Shown: one piece after another, positions 39,564 to 51,641 of the stretch
Layout of the letters: each line of letters begins with the position of its first letter
Numbering within the stretch: the stretch's first letter is position 1
From: Nymphaea colorata
Taxonomy: Eukaryota
DNA: 64,000 bases
Direction: 5' to 3'
Assembly (NCBI RefSeq): GCF_008831285.2
Contig: NC_045138.2
Location: forward strand, 15,252,001-15,316,000
Program-made: the position numbers and the translations under genes
The notes under the pieces: generated by a model
The model's database searches: none
Told to the model about the DNA's origin: nothing
What the model saw: the letters and a program-made list of their open reading frames with translations, nothing else

Positions 39564-42386
39564 CTACTACGAGGAAAGAGAATTTGACATAAAAAACTTA
39601 CTGAAGCAATCATTTTAGCAAAAAGTTCACCTGAAATTTTTTTTTTCAAGACCATCAAACGGCGCCTGTAAGACCCATTGATTAAGCTATTTTAAAAAAA
39701 CGATATTAAAGGCAGCCACGCAACACTGATGCAATGCAAATCGGCTGACTCGGACCGATTGTGACATCAACGCTTTTCCTTCGACACAAATAGGGGGGAA
39801 AACTTTGTCACTCGACTTCTTGTCAATGGCTCCATGGTATAGACAAATCCAGGAAATTATTCCAATTTTTTTTCCAGAGATAATAGACTTCTTTTGACTC
39901 TCTTGACATTTTTTTTTTCTTTTTGAAAGACATGTTTTCAGTTGCTGACCAAACTTTATTTCCAATTTACTGGTGTCGGGCTTAAAATTTTTGGAAACTA
40001 TAAGAAGGACGACTTTTCTTACCACTATCCTATAGTTTAGTTGAAGTCTGTGGTCATTTCTAGCAATCAAACTCTCGAAATATTGGGCTTGAAATTGAAT
40101 CAATTTGAAAAGAAAATCTACGCGTGACTAACAATCAAATTCAAATGGATATAAGTTTTTTAATTGAATGCCACAGATAGACAATGAATATGCAGGACAG
40201 TCATGAATCATGATGGCACACGTAGAAGGCCTCCATATGTGCAACGAGAATTCCTGCAACTGCTTCAATGGTGTTTGATAAGAAATTCGTGTTTTAGGAA
40301 CATACATAAATGATTAAAACAGATATTTAAGAAACTTTATATGCTTCTTTCAGGAAACATGATTCAATCACGTAGCGTTGAATGAATCCACATCTGGGTT
40401 TGTGTGGGCAATTGCCCCCACAATCCCACAAAATTCAGTCATTTCAATATTGGTTACCTCCAACCATTTGCTTGCGCTGCAACGCATACGAAAACGATAG
40501 AAAGTGAAGGTTATGAATGAGGACAAGTTATAAAGGTAAACCACTGAAGCGAGATTGCCACAAAAGAAGGAAACAAACCACCGACGAAATGGGGAAAGGT
40601 ATTGCCTTCTTTTTTATGGAATACTTTATCACTTTGATGGTCGATTCCGTCTGCAGCTTTGTTCAACTTTTTCATGTTCCAATTGCAGAACAGTGTGGCT
40701 CGCTTATTAAAACAAAATACATCAAATTAAATAGAATCGGACTCCAGCAACGGTTCAGCCCAAACATTCAAAAACGGCAAATGTTCATTCTCCAAAGGGC
40801 TAGCTAGTTAATTTGTATGAGATAGTTGGAGTTGTGAAACTAGTTTATTTTGTAATCAAGATGAAAAAGATCTGTTATGTTTATTAAGTGGTAATAAATA
40901 CAAAAGTCGTTGCATGCTGCTACCAAATTCAAAATATCAACTGACTTTTAGGGTGTATTAGAATGCATACAAGTGCTGAGAGTAGCACTATCAGCGTTTC
41001 GGATTCAAATCATATGTACTTTGAATCTATCTGTTTTTTTTTCTTTGGGGGATATTCATACACTTGGATTCAAACTTTGATTTGATCTCGAATGAAAAAA
41101 ACGTATCCAAATCCGAATCGAAATCTCATCTCACAATCTGAACCTTTCCAGAATCCAATTTTTACATTAATATCCGACTCTGCATCTGAATTTTGAACTA
41201 AATCCGACTGATTTTCAAAACTTAAGAGTATTGAATAAATAATATTTATTTAAAACTGAATCTGAAATTTGATCAGATGTTTATGTACATCCTAATCCAA
41301 TCTGATGTCTAAATCCCAATCCAATCTGACTTGTTAATTGGGTATTAATTTTTTTCATGTCCAATTTTGTCGGAACAGTTCTGTTGGATTATTCAATTCA
41401 AATTGGATATGTTAACTTACCCTAGCAGAGAGAGAAGGGGACTAGGGGGGGCAATGGCACCCCCCTCAAGTTTTGAAATTAAATAAATTTTTTTTAAAAA
41501 AAACAAAATCTCAGTTCGACCCATGTAAAACCATTGAAATATAAAGCATTTCCCATGTTAAAAATTTCCCAAATTTTATTTAATGGTTGTACAATTATTC
41601 AGCCCTGTTAAAGATAAAATCCTGTTTGGAAGTCCCTGCGTCCTTATGTACACCCCCCCTATCAAACACAATTGCAAAAGTCCCGGATGATTTTAACATG
41701 TTTGGTATACGTTTTTCCAGTTGAATTTCAAGGATGCGACTAGCAATCGATTACTTTTGCTTCCTGATTTTCACACCCGATACAAGCGTTTGGGACGATC
41801 AAATATGTTCTTAGATGTTTGGTAAACTCACTTGGTGCTTGGTGGGGAGGAGTACATTATACGATCTAACACGTTTATACCAATTCTAAGATTTTCCTTT
41901 TTTTAAATCTAGCGAGTCAAGATATGTAAGAGCAAAGAAGACTTAAAAGAGTCTTTAAAAAACGATATACATGTTGACTAGACCAAATTACAGCGCCAAT
42001 TCCCTAGCACCATTTGAACTTCCTTAGATGTTCAATCCATGCATGCTTGTGGTCAGATCTATGACAACTAATAGATTTGGTAGAAAAAAAGGTTAACAGG
42101 ACCGTAGATCCAAATCGGGCCCTCTTCAGCTCTAATCTGGCTGCAGAATGAGGCTGGATCCGAGTATTCGAATAGAAACGATTAAAAATCGATTTGATTC
42201 ACCGGCCCGTTCAAAATGAAGCCGGACCCGACCCGACGACCGAGTAACTGAGCATTTTCCATGGCATGACAGAAACTGCAGAGAACTATCCCAAATCGAC
42301 GGCATGAAAATTTTCCAACGTCCACAGGTTGGAAGCTTCCGTTCTCTCCTGCCGATTCCCCGTTTCTCCCCCACATCTCCAACTAC

Positions 42387-42393
42387 TATATAT
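42387..42393 (+). promoter_or_regulatory. TATA box of the remodelled NHL-shell gene
   Basis: ctatatattgagcttctc context is the same as at the TATA box of the NHL gene at 54061; it lies about 115 bp upstream of the ATG in both. Confidence 0.7.
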
Positions 42394-42502
42394 TGAGCTT
42401 CTCGATCTTCCCTGCTCTTCATCTTTCTCCTTCTTGTTCTCTCTGTTTTTCCTGAGCCTCAACAGCTCTTCCAGTTTTACACAAATTGGCTTCCTCGCCC
42501 AC

Positions 42503-42997
42503 ATGGCTAACAACAACAAGAAGCCGGCGGGCAGGCTCAATAAGCCGGCGCTCAACCCCAACAAGCAGGCAGATAAGCTGGCTCTCAACCTCTACAAACA
42601 GAGAGATAAAATGGCACTCGACCTCTACAATCAGGCAAATAACCTGGCGCTCAACCTCTACAAACTGGCAGATAAAATGGCATTCAACCTCTACAAACAG
42701 GCAGATAACCTCAACAAGCCGGTATTCGATTACCTCAACAAGCAAAACAACCTGGCAGCTAACTTCAACAAGCCGGGGGCCAACAGGATGAAAGCCGTCA
42801 ACCGGGTGGCCAACGTCGACAAGCCAGCAGCGAACCTCAACCAGCAGGCGGCCCGCCCGGTTGGCCGGGGCCATCCAATTGGCCGCCGGCTTGTTGACGT
42901 TGGCCACCCGGTTGGCCGCCCGCTTGTTGTGGTCGGGGGGCCGGCTGGCCGGGCATTCAATCGGGTTGCCAAACTCAAGAAGAAAAACCAAATGTGA
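42503..42997 (+). CDS. Hypothetical 164-aa Asn/Lys/Ala-rich repeat protein inside an NHL10-derived gene shell (may be a pseudogene or non-coding hairpin transcript)
   Basis: The ATG lines up with the NHL10 start codon, and the promoter and both UTRs are homologous to the gene at 54178. There are five 11-aa repeats at 42548-42712 and no LEA_2 or TM domain. Confidence 0.5.
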   Translation: MANNNKKPAGRLNKPALNPNKQADKLALNLYKQRDKMALDLYNQANNLALNLYKLADKMAFNLYKQADNLNKPVFDYLNKQNNLAANFNKPGANRMKAVNRVANVDKPAANLNQQAARPVGRGHPIGRRLVDVGHPVGRPLVVVGGPAGRAFNRVAKLKKKNQM

Positions 42998-43590
42998 TGT
43001 GAACCACTATTAAGTTTTGAGCTTTTCTTTTTTTTCAGTCTTTGTTGTGTCCATAAGATCATCTTACTATGTTTATTAAAGATGTGTTTGGTGATCGAGA
43101 TTCTTTTGTTTTTTCTTTTTCTCATATAATAAAGCTCATTTTCTCTGAGGGGGACACATGTATTTATATTTTTCTTTGTATTGTTATTTTTATTGTAGCT
43201 GAGCTTTTGGTTGGAAGTTAGGTTATTCAGCCGTTGAGCTCATGCAGTTGTTGTAAAGCGTGCAAACTCTCATAGAACTTAAAGTGCCACAAGAGGTGAA
43301 GGGGTATGTCACTTCATGGGATTGGTGGTGTTTGTTCAGGTCGCACTTTATGAGGCCTGCATTGCACCTAGGGCTGCATAACGAACTCGTCTATATAAGT
43401 TTGACTCAAACTCAACTTGTTTATAAACGAGCCGAGTTTGAGCTCTAACTTAAGCTCGCTCAATGTTGATTGGAGGAACTCAACTCAAGCATGGCCTTTA
43501 ATCAACGACTCCAGTATGCAAATGAGCTGGTTAAAACTTAAAAGTCCAGCAAAACTCATCCTCTCACCTCAAAATATTTGTGGGGTTCAA

Positions 43591-43634
<44 letters not shown>

Positions 43635-43635
<1 letters not shown>

Positions 43636-46600
43636 GGTTAGCATGTTAGGATTTCTCTTTCGTTCATCCATTGGAGTTAAGGTTTTCTCCTTCGTCTTCT
43701 TCACGAGAGAGAGAGATAGAGAGATGTTGGGCTTCAAAGCAAGGAGGCTCTAAGACTTGTCAGCGGCAATGAGGTTCTTCCTTCAATCCATGGAACGTTG
43801 GCTCCTTCAACAAAAATGTCCCTGCTTGCAGCAATGTCTTGAAGCTTCAAATCAAGGTCAATAAACAGTCCAGCAAGATCGTAGGTGCCTGTTTATTGTG
43901 TCATTTTCCCTCTAGTATGGCGGCTTTTCTATCGACATTTTCCTTTCAATAAGATCGTTCATGTTTGCACCAATACATTTGGGCATATTTGGGTATGAAT
44001 ATGCTACCGCCTCATTTTTGCTCAGTATGGCTAATCTTCTATCAAAATCTAAAGATCTGCCTTTACTTTTTGCTTTTCAAATGGCCAATGGGCTAGGATT
44101 TGGCTTTTCTAGGATGCTGACAAGATGCAAGTTGAGACATCTAAAGTGCAAGCTCATTGGATTTCTATAGAGGTGAAGCACCAAAGTTTTGGGAGATTTT
44201 TCTTTGTTCTAGGGGTGTATCTCCATTCGGATTTTCACATCCGTAGGTTTCAGTATGATGAGCTTAATGAGGAGCTTTCTAGCCTATGTAAGCCCAATGT
44301 ATGCTTTGGCCAACCAGTTTGTGAAAATTTGTGACCCTGACACCAAGTTCTCTTGGTCTAACAAGAGAGAGGGGCCTGCTAATGTGCAAAGTTTAATTGA
44401 TCACTGCCTTGTCTCTCATGACTAGTGGGACTGCCGGGAGTGGATTTTCAGTCTTCGAATTCTTCCTCTTACTTCTTCTGATCATAGTCCTATTGTTATG
44501 GAGGTTGAGAGAAACCATATCTTCACCTATGGCAAATCGATCTTCCATTATTTCAATTACTGGGAACAATTTCTCCAGTGCACCAAACTCATTGCAGACT
44601 ATTGGTCTCATCATGTTGTTGGCTGCCCCATGGTTAGGCTTGTTTCTAAACTTCAACTTACTAGAGATAAGCTTCGGGAGTGGTCTAAGCAAGGCCCTAA
44701 TGATCTGAACAGAATTATTGAGAGACTCGGAGTGTAGGTAGGAGTGGCTCAGAACCTTATGGAGCGGGGTGATTTGTTGGTTTCCTCTCGTGAGATTAAG
44801 CTCCACCACAGTCTCCTTAAGCTTATCAAGATGGATGAGGAGCGGTTAAGGCCAAAGGCTCATGTGAGGTGGATGAGGGAGGGCGATTCTAACTCAAATT
44901 TTTTTCATGCCATTGCTAAAGGCAGACAACAGAGAAACCATATCCGCACTATCAAGGATGGAGAGAGGGTTCTCTCTGACATGGATGAAATTTTTGCATC
45001 TTGCACTACTTACTTCAAAGACCTATTGACTGACAATGCGGGTTCGGGGCTCCTTCCTTTCAATGTCTGTCCAGATCTAAGGGTGACAGAAGAAGAAAAT
45101 GAGCTTTTGGTGAGTCCTATTCGCGATGAAGAAATACAATGGACAATATTAAGGGCGAATAAGGATTCAGCTGTTGGACCAGATAGATTCAACAATCACT
45201 TTGATCAAGCATACTGGTTCATCATTGGGCCCGATGTGAGCCTCGCAATTAAGGAGTTTTTCCGGTCTGAACGCATGGTAAAAGGGACCAACAAAACACA
45301 TGTTGTTTTTCTTCCCAAAGAAGAGGGTGCATGCACTATGAACAAGTTTTGGCCTACCTCTCTTTGCAATAGCATTTTACGCATGAAACCCATTTTGAGT
45401 AGCATTCTTCACCGGAATCAGGCAGTATTTTTTATGGGACGCAGCATCCAGGACAGCTTTTTACTCAGTCAAGAGGTGATTCAATCACTTGCTCACAAGA
45501 AGTCTAAAGCTTCGTGCATTAAAATCAACCTTAGCAAAGCTTATGATGGAGTGAATTGGCGGTTCCTAGAGAGTAGCCTTAAGCTGCAAGGCTTTTGCTC
45601 CAACTGGACTAGGCGATTTATGGTTGTTGTTTCTACTGTCTCCTCTGCACTGCTCATTAACGATAAGGAAGGATCATGGTCCTTCACCTCAAAGGGGTTG
45701 CGGCAAGGAGATCCCTTATCCCCCTACTTGTTCATCATTATGATGGAAATACTTAATCGCAGCATGTTGGCTTATATGCAATTGGGTAAGATCCGTTGCC
45801 TAAAGGTTAGCGCTCTAAGCTCTATTCATTCCTCCTTCTATGTTGATGATGTCTTTGTTTTCATTGAAGGTAGGAAAAAATTCCTTTTAAGCCTTAGAGA
45901 TTGTTTCTTTGAGTTTGAGGCTTGTTCGAAGCTCAAAGTTAATCCCAACAAGACCTCTATTTTTTTCTTTAATATTTCTGACGTCGAGTGTAGTAGACTA
46001 TGTGCTATCACGGGCTGGAAAAGAGGTATCTTTCCAGTTATGCATTTGGCTCTGCCTCTCCAAGGACATGCCATCACGGAGAGCCAATGTGAGCACATAG
46101 TGATTAAAGTTAATCAGAAGTTGACTGGCTGGAAGCAGAAGCTGCTTTTTTATGTTGGAAAACTCTGCTTGGTTAAGCATGCTTTGACATCTATCCTAGC
46201 TATTGGATGATGCTCTTGTGGATTCCTCCATCAACGTGCCACCAAATCGAAAAATTGTGTTCGGGTTTCATTTGGAGGGATGATCTGGAGGCCAAAGGGG
46301 CACACCTTATCAGCTGGAATACTCTTTGCAGACCGAAGGTGGAGGGTGGAGTAGGGCTTCGACGCATGGTAGACATCAATCGGGCTAATTTCTGTTTTCT
46401 CGGGGTCAAAGCTATCACGCAGGACTCACTCTGGGCTGATCTTGTCAGGGCCAAGTATCTAACCAAAAAGAGTCTGTGGTAGTACACAAACTTAGTGGGA
46501 GTGAATCTAGCTCAAGGAAAAGGGTGATCTAATGTTGGCAGTTAATTGAATCTCAAGTTCATTGGAGAGTCAACAATGGCCCAAGAGTCTAATTTTGGCG

Positions 46601-47933
46601 TGACCGGTGGAATGTTGTCATCATCTCCAATATGATCTCACCTACTATTTTTCCGCTAATTCAAGATACCATGAATTGCACTTTTAAGGAGTTGTTTGCC
46701 GAGCAGGATACCTATGTCCATATGTTCCTTGATTCTATGAGCATTTCCGTGCACCTCCCGATGCTTGATGATAGTCGATAGGATGTACTTGAATGGGTAG
46801 ACTGCGGTTCCCGGCCACTGTCAAGACATCATCTTTGGGACATGCTGCGTGATAGTAATCCCACTCAGCAGTGGATGAATGCCATTTGGAATGTTGGAGC
46901 CCCTCTCCATGCTGCATGGACGACCTACCTGGCAGTTGAAGGTCGTCTCCATGTTGATGCTAGAACTTAGAAGCATGGACTCTACCTTGCCTCCAGATGT
47001 TATATTTGCAAAATGGCTTAAGAAGATATCAACCATGTGTTCATCCATTGTAAAGAAGCTAAAAAACCTGTGAGAGTTAGTTATCAAGAAGTTCAGGCAG
47101 AGTAATTTCCAACCAGAAACGGTCAAAGACGCTCCCGTTTGGTGGACTTCGTGCAAATTTAAAAATAAAGTCCTCTTCAAGTGCTGGAAGAATTTGCTGC
47201 ACATAATCCTCTGGTATATATGGAAATAGTGCAACAGTTGCAAGCACGGGGATAAAGCTGCTATGAACCATAGTGGTAAGGCACTATGGAACTAGCGCAG
47301 TGACTTTATGATCTCTAGAGATTGGAAGTAGACAAGCTATCCAAGCTTGGTTTCAAGTTGGGATTCCTTGGAGAGGTTGGAGGTGGGAACATGAAACTTC
47401 CCATAATATTTACATTGCAGTGTGCCAAAACAAGGATAGCAGGGATGTGGCTGCTCTTGTTAGGGAGAGTAGTGGGCGTCATGTTTTTGGTATTGCCTAC
47501 TAGAGTGATGCAGCCAGAGCCACTGATGAAGCTTGGGTTCTTGAGCAAAGTCTTCTAGCAGTTCAGGAAATTGATAGGAGTGCGGGCAATATCAAAGTCA
47601 TTTGTAATAATGGGTTTTTCATCAGCCGCTGCTGCAAGTGCTTCAGAGATGATTCAGTTCAGCAGATTTTGAGGGGCGTTGTAAGTCGACTATATAACAA
47701 ACTAGTTTTTATTAGAGATGACCCTGCTTCCAAGGTGTTTCATCTTCCTATAAGAGGTGACAATGCCACTATTTGCAAGGTATGGCATCAGCCATCTCCA
47801 GACTGGAGGCTATCCAAGGATATTTTGTAAATCATTAGGATCTCACAGATCCCATTTTTGCTATAAATACTCTCACATTTTTTGTCAGTAAATTCTAGGG
47901 CAACCCCCTAATATCAGTTCACCTAAAAAAAAA
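43635..47933 (+). mobile_element. Decayed L1-clade LINE retrotransposon (ORF2: APE endonuclease remnant, RT, zf-RVT, possible RNase H-like remnant)
   Basis: SDHSPI endonuclease motif near 44476. The RT ORF 44744..46210 has WMREGDSNSNFFH, GLRQGDPLSPYLF and FYVDD. LISWNTLCRPKVEGGVG follows, then a CYIC..HVFIHC zinc finger near 47000 and an A9 tail at 47925-47933. Multiple stops and frameshifts; the 5' boundary is approximate. Confidence 0.88.
44744..46210 (+). pseudogene. LINE reverse transcriptase fragment (488-aa open stretch of ORF2)
   Basis: RT motifs present, flanked by in-frame stops and frameshifts. Confidence 0.85.
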
Positions 47934-50900
47934 GTTGTTCTCTCCCTCTCTCCCTTTTTCTTTCTCTCTCCCTCTCCCTCTTTTCTCTCTCTCTCTCCCT
48001 CTCCCCCTCCCTCTTTTTTCTCTCTCTCTCCCTCTCCCTCTCTCTCTCTCTCTCTGAGCGACAGTCCGCTAGCGACAAATCAGTGGACGAATTCCCGAAG
48101 TAATAAGTTTTCTCTATCTTAATCTCAAGTTTATTGCTATCAATTTCCTGTTTTGCATTCTTTTGCTTTACCACATTTCTTTATCGTTTCTCTGGACTAA
48201 TAAGTTTATTCTTTTCCATGTTTTAAATTCTGTTGTCTCTTGTTCCTCAATGCATCTGTTGTCTTTTGGTTTGTTTCTCAATCTCATTTTTTGGTTTGTT
48301 TCTCAATCTCGTTTTTTGTTTTGTTCTTTTTCAGGATTGTTGCATGTGTTGGTTGGGATACTTTACCGTCTTAATTTTTTTTTTCTAGGATGTGTTCTTT
48401 TTGAGTTTCTAGAATTTGGATGTTTCTGCATTGAGTCCTGAACTTGGGAGATGAAAAAGTTGTGGAATTTTTAGTTTAGGCTTTTTGGAAAAAACGTACA
48501 AGATAAACTAGTTTAAACGAGCCAACGAGTCTAGATCGAGTCTCTTGAGTCAAATTCTAGTTGGAGTTGTGAAAGCTCGTGTCGAGTGTCTAGTTCGAGC
48601 TGACTAAACGTGAGTCGAGCCAAGCTCGAGTTCGACTCAGCTCGTGTGCAGCCCTAATTGCACCCAAAGCAAAAAGCAATCAATGTTGGGGGTATTCTTG
48701 GACTGTGGAGCTCAAAGCACTTCTTGGGAGAGACAAGGTAAGGTGCGGAAGAGGAAAAAATAAAACATGAAATATAGTCTGACTTTTTTCTTCGAGGGGC
48801 GTTTGATGGCCTTATGACAGCAATGCTTTTCCTTCGTCATAAAACGGAGGAAAACTTTGTCACACTGATTACTATCATTGGTTCGTCGACATAGACAAAT
48901 CTAGGAAATTATTCCAATGTCTTTCCATAAATAATAGACAATTTTTTACTATTTTAACTTTTTTTTTCTTTTTGAAAAAACATGTTTTTAGTTGCTGACC
49001 AATTTTTATTTCTAATCTCAAACATAACACTCATGCCTTCTAACTTCCTGGTGTCGAGCTTCAAATTTGTGGAAACTGTAAAAAGGACGACTTTTCTTAC
49101 CATTATCCTTTACGTTAGTTGAAGTGTATCGTGGTTTCTAGCGATCAAACTCTCGAAACATTACCCTCTCCTTTCCTATGAGGTGAAATGGACATCTTTC
49201 ATTCCTAGAACGTCGTATCTGGAGACAAAAAGTAGTTATTTTCGCAGTTCAATTGATAGGACCCAATGTTTAAAATTTACAAATGCTCGTTTTGGTTGGC
49301 ACTAACTGCATTAATAAATTGTTTTGATTAAACAGTATATACGCGATGTCTAAGCGTATGAGTCGTTCGAATACTATCCAATCTTGGACTTGAAATGGAT
49401 CCAATTGATAAGAAAATTTAACATGATTAGCAATCAAAATTCGAACGGATATAAAACTATTAATTGAATGCCACGACATGCAATGAGTGCGCAGGACAGT
49501 CATGATGGTACACTGATGGCCTCCCGGATGTCAATATATTCAATTTGAATTGGATATCCGATTGAACTAATTGGAAGAAAACAGACATGCAAAATAAATT
49601 ATAATATCGGATGAAGAAATCAAATCAGATTCAGGATTAAGAAATGACATTTGACCGGATTCAGATCAGAATCGGATATACATAGATTTCTGATCGGATT
49701 TATTTTAGAAAAATATCATGTCTAATGCTCATTTTGAAAATTGGCAAAATTCAGTTCAAAATTCGGATTCAGATATGAATATAAAAATGAGATTCAGATC
49801 ATATTTAGATTGTAAAATCGGATTTCTGAAAACTTGATTCAGTCATGGAGGGGTGAAGACACATTTGAGCTTGTGTGGGCAATTGCCTCCAACCATTGGT
49901 GTGCATCGATTATTTTCTCAATGACCCTAGTACCTATTTGAAGGGCCCAATATTTTTGAATTAGTGCCCTTCACCTTAAAATTTTTTGCTCTACCAATGC
50001 AATTATGTGCTACATTTGAATATTTTGTGATAATATTTCATAATCGTGTCACATTTTCTTCACAAGAACATGGAATTCTTGGATCATGGGTTTTTAGAAG
50101 CATGGTTTAACAAGTTAAAATGCATTTTTCAGATATCATGGGTCATTCTTTTCATTAGAAAGTTTGGGCACTATCATTAGTCAGTGCTCCTCAAACAACA
50201 TCTCTAGGGTTTCTTATGACGACCTTTTCATTGCAGGAAAAGCACATGCCACAACACATACGAAAATGAAGCTTATGAATGAGAACAACTGATAAAGGTA
50301 AGCCACTGAAGCTAAATTGCTATAAAAGAAGCGAACAAGCCACCGACGAATGGGGAAGGTATCAAATTCTAAATAAAAATGGACTTTTAGGGGTATCTGC
50401 TTTGTCAATATTCATATATATGGGATCAAATTTGGATTTGGATTTGAATGTGAATGAAGAAGAGATGTATTTAAATCTGAGTTTGAATCCAATTTCACTA
50501 TCCAAATCTGATTCACATTGAGATCCGAATCCGAACCTGAATTTTGAATATAAACCAGCTGATTTTCAAAACGTAAGTGCATTGGTGAATATATGACAAT
50601 ATATATATATAGATATATATGTGTGTGTGAGAGAGAGAGAGAGAGAGAATATGATCAGATGTCATTCTTAAATGCGAAGTCGAATCCGATTTTTTAATAT
50701 TAAATATTTCTTCATATTCAATTTTTTCAAAATGGTTTCGGTTGAATTATCAATTCAAATGGGATTAGGGCAGTGAGGAGGGCCATGCAAACAGGCCAAG
50801 TTTTTAAAGTTTAAAATTTTAGTCTGGCCCATGTAAAATTTTTGAAAAAAAAAAAAAGAAGAAGAAGCAATGCCCATGTTAAACATTACCAAAATATTTA

Positions 50901-51419
50901 TTTGATGGTTACAACCATTCAGCCTGTTAAACATAAAATCCCGGCATGGACAATGTGTTTGGAAGTCCGTACGCCCTTCTGTACATCCTCTGATCAAACA
51001 CAGTTGCAAAAGTCCCGGATGGTTTTAACATTTTTCGTATACGTTTTTTAACTTGAATATAAAGGATCTGACTAGCAATCGACTACTTTTGCTTCCCGAT
51101 CTTCACACCCGATACAAATATTTGGGACGATCAAACATGCCCCGAGCGTTTAGGTAAACTCACTTGGTGCCTGGTCGGGGCTACATTATATGATCTAACA
51201 AGTTTATATCAATTCTAAGATTTTCCTTTTTCTTTTTTAATATTAATGAGTTATATGTACGCCGGCGGCCGCATAGAAGTTTCTTAGGCGAAAGCCAGCT
51301 TAGGTCTAAATCATGATACAATAAAAAGTCTAAAAATCTAGACCAACCACATGAGCTCAACATTTAGTACATAAATAATTAATCGAATGTCAAATCAGAT
51401 CAACCAAAGAAGACTTTAA

Positions 51420-51641
51420 GGTTGTGTTTGTTTGGCTGCAGATTTGAGATCCGCGGTGATCTGAAATCCTTCCAGCTCAAATTCATAGATTTAAAATCAG
51501 ATTACCCTTCCATCTGACCTTAAATTCATGGTACATGTAACTTGATTTAAAATCCACGCTACTAAAATAAACATAGGATCTACCAAAACACACCTTTTTA
51601 TGAAGCCTCAAATCTTAAATCCGAAGCTACCAAGCGCAACC
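51420..51641. mobile_element. PIF/Harbinger (Tourist-like) MITE
   Basis: TIRs ggttgtgtttg / caagcgcaacc with TAA on both sides; absent from the paralogous site near 41940-41950. Confidence 0.7.

Larger units (their letters stand above)
43369..48656. mobile_element. Non-autonomous hAT element (about 1 kb of its own sequence) interrupted by a LINE
   Basis: TIRs tagggctgca / tgcagcccta, perfect 8-bp TSD attgcacc (43361-43368, 48657-48664), cgagc/gctcg sub-terminal repeats at both ends. A paralogous uninterrupted region lies at about 38700-38900. Confidence 0.88.

Noticed and set aside
47923..48441. ER-repeat and Phe/Leu-rich ORFs
   Set aside because: Products of the CT tract and the T-rich interior of the hAT element.
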